Shown: positions 56,418 to 64,000 of the stretch, in pieces
Layout of the letters: every line of letters begins with the position of its first letter
How positions within the stretch are numbered: position 1 is the stretch's first letter
Assembly: GCA_027623675.1 (NCBI GenBank)
Contig: JAQBVF010000011.1
Location: 1 to 64,000, forward strand
From: Chloroflexota bacterium
GTDB lineage: Bacteria; Chloroflexota; Dehalococcoidia; Lucifugimonadales; UBA3495
Length of the DNA: 64,000 bases
Direction: 5' to 3'
Made by a program: the position numbers and the translations under genes
Notes under the pieces: generated by a model
Databases searched by the model: none
Seen by the model: only the letters and a program-made list of their open reading frames with translations
Told to the model about the DNA's origin: nothing

Positions 56418-57863
56418 ATGCCAGAGACCGATAGGGCTCTGATGGCGCATCTGCTGCGCCGCGCCGGATTCGGCGCCACCTTCCAAGAACTGGACCGCTA
56501 CTGCCAATTGGGCTACGAGGGCGCCGTCGCGGAGATCTTAAATCCGGAGCAGCGCCCGGCCATCGAAGAGGACGTGCTGGAGCGGTACTACATCGACTGG
56601 AAGGAGAGCCGCAACATCGAAGGCGCTCTCACCGAGTCCGTATACCGCATGAACGCCTACGCCGGGTTGCGTCCGTTGCAGGAGAAGATCGCCCTGTTCT
56701 GGCACGGCGTTTTCGCCACCGGCCTGGCCAAGGTGCTCCACGAGAAGACCATGCTCAACCAGATAGACCTCTTCCGGGAGTCTGGCCTGGGCAACTTTCG
56801 GGACCTGCTGGTGCAGTTGGCCCGGGACCCGGCCATGATCTTCTGGCTGGACAACAATTTCAACCACAAGGATGCTCCCAACGAGAACTGGGGCCGGGAG
56901 CTGCTGGAGCTGTTCTCCCTTGGCGTGGGAATGGACGGCCATGAGAATTACACCGAGAACGACGTGAAAGAGGCCGCGAGGGCCTTCACCGGCTGGACCA
57001 TCGACGATGACAACGTGGCTTCCCTGCCCTTCGGCAAGATGCCCTGGCAGTTCCGTTACCTGCCCGAGGACCATGACGACGGCGAGAAGACCTTCATGGG
57101 CCACACCGGCAACTTCAACGGCGAAGACATCATCGACATCATCGTGCGGCAGCCGGCCACGGCCCGGTTCATCTCCCGCCACCTGTACAACTTCTTCGTG
57201 GCCGACGAGCCACAGGTACCGGCCTGGCAGCACACGCCGCCCGGCGACCCGGAAGCCATCAGGCTGTTGGAAGAAGAATATTTCCGCTCCAACTACAACA
57301 TCCGGTCGATGCTCGGAGTTCTGTTCAACTCTGAATTCTTCAAGTCGGAGAAAGCCAGGTTCGCCAAGGTGAAGAGTCCCGCGGAGGTCGTTGTTGGCAC
57401 CCTCCATCTGCTGGGCGATTTCACCTTCCCCAAGCGGGGCATCTTCGAAGTGGCCCTGGGTTGCCGCTACATGGGTCAGGACATCTTGAATCCGCCGTCG
57501 GTTGAAGGCTGGCACACCGGCGAGGAATGGATCGACAGCGGGAGCCTGGTGGAGCGGGTCAACTTCGTCGCCGACCAGGTGGGCGACATCCAACAGCCCG
57601 GCGTCAGAGCCATGGTGGACGCACTGCTGGACCAGACCACCGAGCTTGACCCCGAGTCGATCATCGACGGCTGCCTGGCTCTCATGGGCCATGTTTATCT
57701 CCACGAGAAGAACCGGGCCCACCTTGCCGGTCAGATCAGGACCATGCTGGAACAGCGCAGCGAAATGGCGGCGGGCAGCCCCGAGGAACGCCGGTCGGCC
57801 GAAGGCACGGTGCTCCACTGCATGAAGATGATTGGATCCACTCGGGAGTACCAGTTCGCTTAA
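56418..57863 (+). CDS. DUF1800 domain protein, no signal peptide
   Basis: AHLLRRAGFG, EK..LFWH..FAT, DPAM..WLDN, PNEN..RELLELFSLG, AARAFTGW and PP.V.GW. Confidence 0.9.
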   Translation: MPETDRALMAHLLRRAGFGATFQELDRYCQLGYEGAVAEILNPEQRPAIEEDVLERYYIDWKESRNIEGALTESVYRMNAYAGLRPLQEKIALFWHGVFATGLAKVLHEKTMLNQIDLFRESGLGNFRDLLVQLARDPAMIFWLDNNFNHKDAPNENWGRELLELFSLGVGMDGHENYTENDVKEAARAFTGWTIDDDNVASLPFGKMPWQFRYLPEDHDDGEKTFMGHTGNFNGEDIIDIIVRQPATARFISRHLYNFFVADEPQVPAWQHTPPGDPEAIRLLEEEYFRSNYNIRSMLGVLFNSEFFKSEKARFAKVKSPAEVVVGTLHLLGDFTFPKRGIFEVALGCRYMGQDILNPPSVEGWHTGEEWIDSGSLVERVNFVADQVGDIQQPGVRAMVDALLDQTTELDPESIIDGCLALMGHVYLHEKNRAHLAGQIRTMLEQRSEMAAGSPEERRSAEGTVLHCMKMIGSTREYQFA

Positions 57864-57865
57864 TC

Positions 57866-58873
57866 ATGACCACCGAAACTGAAAATCCCGTCTCCCAACA
57901 AGGGCTCTACCGGTACCACGATGTCATCGGCCTGCTTTCGCCGGCCGGGCCCGGGTTCAGCGGCCCCGTGGCCGTAACCACCGGTCCCGACGGCATGCTC
58001 TACGTCGCCAGCCGGGCCAACCCCAACCAGCAAGAGGGTGTGCGGGTCTCCCGCTGCACCAAGGACGGCGACTTCCTAGGCCAGTTTGGGACCTGGGGCG
58101 AGGAGCCCGGCGAGTTCATCTGGGTCACGTCCATCGCCTTCAGTCCGGCTGATGAGGTCTACGTCGCCGACGAGAATACCCACCGCATCAGCATCTTTGA
58201 GAAAGACGGGGACGGAGGACGCAGGTTCTCCCGCAGCATCGGCGAGCATGGCAGTGGCCCCGGGCAGATTGACCGCCCATCGGGGCTGGCTTTCGGTCCC
58301 AACGGCAACCTCTACGTCGTGGACACCATGAACCACCGGGTGCAGATGCTCACCCCCGAAGGCGGCTTCCTATCCCAATGGGGCGAGATTGGCAGCGGTC
58401 AAGGCCAGTTCAGCATGCCCTGGGGCATCGCCATCGACCAAGCCGGCGACGTTTACATCACCGATTGGCGGAACGACCGGGTACAGAAGTTCGACTCCGA
58501 AGGCCGGTTCCTGATGGCCTTTGGCGGTTCGGGCGACGGCGAAGGGCAGTTCAACCGTCCCAACGGCATCGCCGTGGACAGCCAGGGGGACATCTACGTC
58601 TGTGACTGGATGAACGACCGGGTGCAGGTGTTCGGCCAAGACGGCGCTTTCAAAGACATACTTATCGGCCACGGCGGCATGTCCAAGTGGGCCCGGACAT
58701 TCCTGAACGCCAGCCCCGAGATTGAGCGCAAATTGGAACTGGCCGTCCAGAACATCGAGCCTAAGCGCCGTTTCTACCGCCCGGTGGCGGTGCACGTGGA
58801 CAACGACGGCCTGGTGTACGTAGCCGACTGCTACCGCCACCGCGTCCAGATCTATCAGAAACTCCAGGTTTAG
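57866..58873 (+). CDS. NHL-repeat beta-propeller protein
   Basis: Repeated G.G.GQF..P.GIA.D..G..YV.D..N.RVQ.F units. Confidence 0.9.
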   Translation: MTTETENPVSQQGLYRYHDVIGLLSPAGPGFSGPVAVTTGPDGMLYVASRANPNQQEGVRVSRCTKDGDFLGQFGTWGEEPGEFIWVTSIAFSPADEVYVADENTHRISIFEKDGDGGRRFSRSIGEHGSGPGQIDRPSGLAFGPNGNLYVVDTMNHRVQMLTPEGGFLSQWGEIGSGQGQFSMPWGIAIDQAGDVYITDWRNDRVQKFDSEGRFLMAFGGSGDGEGQFNRPNGIAVDSQGDIYVCDWMNDRVQVFGQDGAFKDILIGHGGMSKWARTFLNASPEIERKLELAVQNIEPKRRFYRPVAVHVDNDGLVYVADCYRHRVQIYQKLQV

Positions 58874-58898
58874 AACCCTGGGCTGAAAAACCCGCGGC

Positions 58899-59831
58899 TT
58901 ATCTGAACCTGGAACGGAAATATTCCGTCACCCGGCTAACGTACTCGTCGGGAAAAGTCAGGAAAGCGTCCACATGGCCCACACCGGGCGCCCGCCACAG
59001 GAAGCTCCCATCTTCCGCCGCTGCCACGACCCGCTTACCGTGCTCCACGGGTATCCGCTCGTCCTCCGTGCCGTGGATGACCAACACCGGATACCCGAGG
59101 TCGGCCACCGCTCGCTCTGGAACCAGTTCCCCCACGTCTATACCGTAGATGGCATTGGCCATCAGCTTGGCGGCCGGGATGAAGACCGGGACCAGCCATT
59201 CGGGAAACGGCGTCTTCCGGGCCGACTCCCGTGCGATCAGGTCTGATGCGTCGGCGTAAGGACTATCCGCGGCCACGGCAGTGATGCCCGGCTCTTCAGC
59301 CGCCGCCAATATCGAGGTGGCCGCCCCCATGGAGAACCCCATAAGCCCGATCTGACCAACGCCGCCCGGTCCGCCATCCCGCTCTACCAGGTAATCGAAG
59401 GCTCCCAGAACATCCCACTGCTCGAAATAACCGCCCGACACCTTGTCGCCCCCGGACGAGCCGTGGCCCCGCAGGTCGAACATGAGCACGTTGTACCCCC
59501 GCTCCACCATTCGGGCCGCCAACGCCACCGCGCCGTCACCGGAGCGAACGCTGCCGTTGCCGTGGACGAATATCAGGTGGGGGCCGGCGTCGTCTCCCGG
59601 CAGGTACCAGCCGCTGAGCGATACATCACCGCGCCGGGATGGAAATTCCACGTCTTCGAACTTCAGTGCGTAATTGGCGGGATGGTCTTCCTGGGGGTCC
59701 CGGTCGGCAGTGGTGACGCCCCGGGCGATCAGGAACGACACTAGGCCGTAAACCACCGCCAAAGTCACCAAACCTGCCAAACCCGCCAGACCGAAAACCC
59801 GGTAACCCCGCCCGGTCGTTGAACGTTGCAT
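58899..59831 (-). CDS. Membrane-anchored alpha/beta hydrolase
   Basis: N-terminal TM; L.GWY.P, HG, D.RGHG.S.G, GFSMG, HG..D and GH triad; ATG 59831. Confidence 0.85.
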   Translation of the reverse strand: MQRSTTGRGYRVFGLAGLAGLVTLAVVYGLVSFLIARGVTTADRDPQEDHPANYALKFEDVEFPSRRGDVSLSGWYLPGDDAGPHLIFVHGNGSVRSGDGAVALAARMVERGYNVLMFDLRGHGSSGGDKVSGGYFEQWDVLGAFDYLVERDGGPGGVGQIGLMGFSMGAATSILAAAEEPGITAVAADSPYADASDLIARESARKTPFPEWLVPVFIPAAKLMANAIYGIDVGELVPERAVADLGYPVLVIHGTEDERIPVEHGKRVVAAAEDGSFLWRAPGVGHVDAFLTFPDEYVSRVTEYFRSRFR

Positions 59832-60108
59832 ATCGTTCTCCGGAAGCAGCTCTACGCAGGTCGAACGGAGCCCCATAAGCCCCATATCTGTAGCTTCTGC
59901 ACCAGTATATCCATCCGAAGCTGTTGCCCGAACGGCCCGATCGAAGTTCAAGCAATCCCGAGATTCCGCTGCCTGGCTCCCACTCGGGACTAGGCATGTC
60001 AATATACCTAACATATAATCGGAACTGGTTCATATGACCGGGACGATGATCAAACATCTCCTGGCGGCTCTCAGCAGCCCGTGAAACTCGTCTATTAAGG
60101 GGAAGAAT

Positions 60109-62337
60109 ATGCCAGAAGCGTCCCAGATCGTTTATACCAAGATTGATGAGGCACCGGCCCTGGCGACCCATTCGTTGCTGCCGATCCTCCAAGCCTTTAC
60201 CAAGGGGTCCGGTATTGAACTGGAGTCCTGGGATATCTCTTTGACCGGTCGCATCATCGCCAATTTCCCGGAGAATCTGACTGATGAGCAGAAGATTCCC
60301 GATTACCTGTCCATGTCCAGCGAGTTGTGCGAAAGCCCAGCGGCGAACATCATCAAGCTGCCCAATATCAGCGCCTCCATCCCACAGTTGAAAGCCGCGA
60401 TCAAGGAATTGCAGGAGAAGGGTTACGATATTCCCGATTACCCCGACGAGCCGGCAACGGACGCGCAGAAAGTCTTGTTTGAGCGCTATTCCAGGGTGTT
60501 GGGCAGCGCGGTCAACCCTGTCCTGCGGGAAGGGAACTCCGACCGCCGGTCGGCCACCGCGGTTAAGGAACACGGCAAACGCTATCCCCACAGGATGATG
60601 AAGGACTGGCCGGAAGTATCCAAAGCCCGCGTCGCCCACATGACCAGCGGTGATTTCTACGGTAGCGAACAGGCGGTGACCATCGAAGAAGACGGGTCTG
60701 CAAGCATCGAATACGTGGCCCGCGATGGACGCACGACCGTGCTCAAATCCGGTATCCCCCTGACCGCCGGCGAGATCATCGATTGCGCCGTGATGAACGT
60801 GCGGGAGTTGCGCGAGTTCTACGCCGAGGAGATGGAGAAGGCCAAGGCTGAAGGCGTACTGCTATCCCTGCATGTTAAGTCGACCATGATGCGCGTGTCC
60901 GACCCGATCATCTTCGGCCATTGTGTCTCCGTTTACTACCAAGACGTGTTTAGCAAGCACTCCGCTGAGATGGGCGAGCTGGCGGTGAACCCCGACAACG
61001 GGATCGCCGAACTCTACACCAAGATACAGTCTCTTACCGATGAGAAGCGGGCCGAGATCGAGGCGGATATCCAAGCGGTGTACAGCGCCCGTCCGGAGTT
61101 GATGATGGTTAACTCCAACCGGGGCATCACCAATCTGCATGTTCCCAGCGACGTGATCATCGATGCCACCATGCCCGTGATGATTCGAGACGGCGGCCGG
61201 ACCTGGGGTCCCGACAACGAGTTGCATGACACGGTGGCGATGATTCCTGACCGTTGTTACGCGACCCTGTACCAGGCGGTTATCGAAGACTGCCAGAAGA
61301 ATGGAGCGTTCGATCCGGCCACCATCGGCAGCGTCGCCAACGTCGGGCTGATGGCCCAAAGGGCTGAGGAGTATGGCTCTCACGACAAGACATTCAAAGC
61401 CCCGGGTAACGGCTCCATCCGGGTCGTGGACTCGTCCGGCAAAACCCTGATGGACCAGAGGGTAGAGGAAGGCGATATCTTCCGCATGTGCCAGACCAAA
61501 GACGCGGCCATCCAGGACTGGGTCAAGCTAGGGGTCAACCGGGCCAGGATCACCGGCTCGCCGTCCATCTTCTGGCTGGACCCGGACCGGGCCCACGACG
61601 TCGAGTTGATCAAGAAGGTTGACCAATACCTGCCGACACACGACACCACGGGATTGGACATTCGCACCATGTCTCCCGTCGACGCGATAAAGTTCTCGAT
61701 GGACCGCAGCCGCGCCGGCCTGGACACGATCTCCGTTACCGGCAACGTGCTCCGCGACTATCTGACCGACCTATTCCCCATCTTGGAATTGGGCACCAGC
61801 GCCAAGATGCTCTCGGTCGTCCCTCTCCTCAAGGGTGGTGGGATGTTTGAGACCGGCGCCGGCGGGTCGGCCCCCCGGCACGTGCAGCAATTCCTGGAGG
61901 AGGGCCATCTGCGTTGGGACTCCCTCGGTGAATTCTGCGCTCTGGTAGCGTCCTTCGAGCACCTCGGACAAGCGTTCAACAACGACAAGGCCAAGCTCTT
62001 GGCTGAGACCCTGGACCAAGCGATCGGGGAGCATCTGGAGCACAACCGGGCGCCGTCCCGCCGGGTGAACGAACTCGACACCCGGGGCAGCCATTTCTAC
62101 CTCGCTCTGTACTGGGCGCAAGCGCTGGCTAACCAGACGAAGGACCCAGAGCTCCAGGCCCGCTTCGCCCCGGTGGCCAAGCAGATGGCCGACAACGAAG
62201 AAAAGATCGTTCAGGAGCTAAATGACGCTCAGGGGCATCCGGTGGACATCGGTGGTTATTACCATCCCGATGACGCCATGGCCGCCAAGGCCATGCGCCC
62301 TAGCCCCACCCTGAACGCGATCATCGACTCTATCTAA
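60109..62337 (+). CDS. icd: Monomeric NADP-dependent isocitrate dehydrogenase
   Basis: [45 protein letters not shown] and [10 protein letters not shown]. Confidence 0.96.
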   Translation: MPEASQIVYTKIDEAPALATHSLLPILQAFTKGSGIELESWDISLTGRIIANFPENLTDEQKIPDYLSMSSELCESPAANIIKLPNISASIPQLKAAIKELQEKGYDIPDYPDEPATDAQKVLFERYSRVLGSAVNPVLREGNSDRRSATAVKEHGKRYPHRMMKDWPEVSKARVAHMTSGDFYGSEQAVTIEEDGSASIEYVARDGRTTVLKSGIPLTAGEIIDCAVMNVRELREFYAEEMEKAKAEGVLLSLHVKSTMMRVSDPIIFGHCVSVYYQDVFSKHSAEMGELAVNPDNGIAELYTKIQSLTDEKRAEIEADIQAVYSARPELMMVNSNRGITNLHVPSDVIIDATMPVMIRDGGRTWGPDNELHDTVAMIPDRCYATLYQAVIEDCQKNGAFDPATIGSVANVGLMAQRAEEYGSHDKTFKAPGNGSIRVVDSSGKTLMDQRVEEGDIFRMCQTKDAAIQDWVKLGVNRARITGSPSIFWLDPDRAHDVELIKKVDQYLPTHDTTGLDIRTMSPVDAIKFSMDRSRAGLDTISVTGNVLRDYLTDLFPILELGTSAKMLSVVPLLKGGGMFETGAGGSAPRHVQQFLEEGHLRWDSLGEFCALVASFEHLGQAFNNDKAKLLAETLDQAIGEHLEHNRAPSRRVNELDTRGSHFYLALYWAQALANQTKDPELQARFAPVAKQMADNEEKIVQELNDAQGHPVDIGGYYHPDDAMAAKAMRPSPTLNAIIDSI

Positions 62338-62435
62338 CAAGAACGATTGACCGGCTGGCTAAGGCCCGTTCTTCAAGCTTCAAGCCGCCGGTTATTGGTA
62401 CGACACAAACAATATAACGGAGGACCAATCGCCAG

Positions 62436-63377
62436 ATGAAAAGCAAGGTAACGGTTGTCGGCGCAGGCAACGTGGGCGCGACTACCGCGCAGAGGATCCA
62501 CCAGTTAGGCTACGCCGACGTGGTGTTGGTGGACGTGGTTGAGGACCTGCCCCAGGGCAAGTCACTAGACATGCTGGAATCGGCCCCGGTCCTGGGCACC
62601 GACTCCAAGATCATCGGCAGCAACAGCTACGAACAGACCGCCGGGTCCGACGTGGTGGTCATCACCGCCGGCATCGCCCGCCGTCCCGGCATGAGCCGCG
62701 ACGACCTGCTCTTGACCAATATGCGGATCACCTCATCGGTGACCGAGCAGGTGGTCAAGTACTCACCCGACTGCATCATCATGCCGGTCACCAACCCCCT
62801 GGACGCCATGGTCCAGAACGTGTTCGAGACCAGCGGCTTCCCCAGGAACCGGGTATTCGGCATGGCCGGCGTGCTGGACACCGCCCGCTTCCGGACATTC
62901 ATCGCCGAAGAACTCAATGTCTCGGTGGAAGATATCCAAGCATTCGTGCTGGGCGGCCACGGCGACGACATGGTGCCTCTGGTCCGCTTCACCAACGTGG
63001 GCGGCATCCCCCTGAGCGAACTGATGGCCGAAGAGAAGATCGACCAACTGGTCAAGCGCACCCGCAGTGGTGGCGGCGAGATCGTTGAACTGCTCAAAGA
63101 GGGCAGCGCCTACTACGCGCCGTCAGCCGCCATCACCCAGATGGTTGAGGCGGTCCTCCTGGATAAGAAGCGCATCCTCCCTGCCTGCGCCTATCTGTTG
63201 GGCGAATTCGGCATCAACGGCCTGTGCGTCGGCGTTCCCGTCAAGCTGGGGGCCGGCGGCATGGAGCAGGTGATGGAGATCAAGCTGACCTCCGACGAAC
63301 AAGCGGCGCTCAAGGGTTCGGCCGACAGCGTTCAAGAACTGGTGGAAGTGATGAACAAGGCCAGGGCCGAGGGGTAG
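62436..63377 (+). CDS. mdh: Malate dehydrogenase (LDH-like)
   Basis: [33 protein letters not shown] and GSAYYAP. Confidence 0.95.
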   Translation: MKSKVTVVGAGNVGATTAQRIHQLGYADVVLVDVVEDLPQGKSLDMLESAPVLGTDSKIIGSNSYEQTAGSDVVVITAGIARRPGMSRDDLLLTNMRITSSVTEQVVKYSPDCIIMPVTNPLDAMVQNVFETSGFPRNRVFGMAGVLDTARFRTFIAEELNVSVEDIQAFVLGGHGDDMVPLVRFTNVGGIPLSELMAEEKIDQLVKRTRSGGGEIVELLKEGSAYYAPSAAITQMVEAVLLDKKRILPACAYLLGEFGINGLCVGVPVKLGAGGMEQVMEIKLTSDEQAALKGSADSVQELVEVMNKARAEG

Positions 63378-63440
63378 CGGCGAACGGCGAAAAGCAACCG
63401 GGTGCGATCAGATAGACATTTACCGGCAGGAGGGTGGCCC

Positions 63441-64000
63441 ATGGCTCGTCGAAGCGATGCCGAAAAGCGACTATTGGAGAAGGCGGGCCGCTACCTGCCG
63501 GGTGGCAACAGCGGTAATCTCGCCCTCCCCGATGGACTAGAATTCCTCGCCTCCCACGGCAAAGGCTCCAGCATCTTCGACGTCAGCGGCAACGAGTATG
63601 TCGACTGGCTCATGGGCTCTGGCCCCATGATCCTGGGCCACGCCCACCCCGCCGTCACCGAAGCCGTCATCAAAGCGGTGGAAGGCGGCAGCACCTTTTT
63701 CGCCACCAACGACAAGGCAGTGGAACTAGCCGAGGTGTTGGTCAATGCCGTCCCCTGCGCCGAGCAGGTGCGCTTCACCACCAGCGGCACCGACGCCTGC
63801 TTCCAGGCCATGCGCGCCGCCAGGGCCTTCACCGGAAAAGAGAAGGTCCTCAAGTTCGAGGGCGGCTTCCATGGCACCAGCGACTACGCCCTGATGAGCC
63901 TCACCCCTTCCCCTTCCGTGGAATATCCGCAGGCCCAGGCCAATAGCGGCGGCATTCCCAAGGCCATCCAAGAACTGATGCTCATCGCCCCCTATAACGA
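63441..64000 (+). CDS. Class-III PLP aminotransferase, GSA aminomutase-like (runs off window end)
   Basis: Own translation from ATG 63441 (AGGAGG upstream): YLPGG, GKGS.IFD..GNEYVD, GP.ILGHAHP, VRF.TSGT.A and KFEG.FHG. Confidence 0.85.
   Translation, partial: MARRSDAEKRLLEKAGRYLPGGNSGNLALPDGLEFLASHGKGSSIFDVSGNEYVDWLMGSGPMILGHAHPAVTEAVIKAVEGGSTFFATNDKAVELAEVLVNAVPCAEQVRFTTSGTDACFQAMRAARAFTGKEKVLKFEGGFHGTSDYALMSLTPSPSVEYPQAQANSGGIPKAIQELMLIAPYN

Overview
A gene-dense, GC-rich bacterial chromosomal window, mostly core and metabolic genes. Gene repertoire and protein style suggest Chloroflexota (Dehalococcoidia/SAR202-like); this is an inference. In order: lutABC; a degenerate MNT-HEPN pair; glycerate kinase; two tandem M20 amidohydrolases; polyprenol kinase; cupredoxin-like lipoprotein; cysteine desulfurase; site-2 protease; speD-like/speB; a GldAFG-like ABC system with DUF4340; cinA; a coaE-cbbQ/norQ-Nudix-large VWA operon; rimI; DUF5666-like lipoprotein; EndoQ; groES-groEL (His-rich tail); selA; a cytochrome c/CDF islet; acyl-CoA dehydrogenase; ECF sigma/anti-sigma/SIMPL; dcd-ribD-ribE-ribBA; prfB with its programmed frameshift; tandem AXE-family esterases; plsY; thrS; a BrnT-type TA module; 2-hydroxyacid dehydrogenase; YyaL-DUF1501-DUF1800-NHL; icd; mdh; and a truncated class-III aminotransferase. 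I saw no rRNA, tRNA, CRISPR array, transposase or prophage. Best leads: an orphan CbbQ/VWA chaperone pair among CoA-metabolism genes; an ECF promoter embedded in the 3' end of its own sigma gene and repeated before SIMPL; a signal-less DUF1501-DUF1800-NHL cluster; a SpeD-fold protein that may be an arginine decarboxylase; several intact genes with substituted catalytic residues; and a ~135-nt rod-like intergenic RNA candidate. All family calls come from motif recognition by eye, not database searches.
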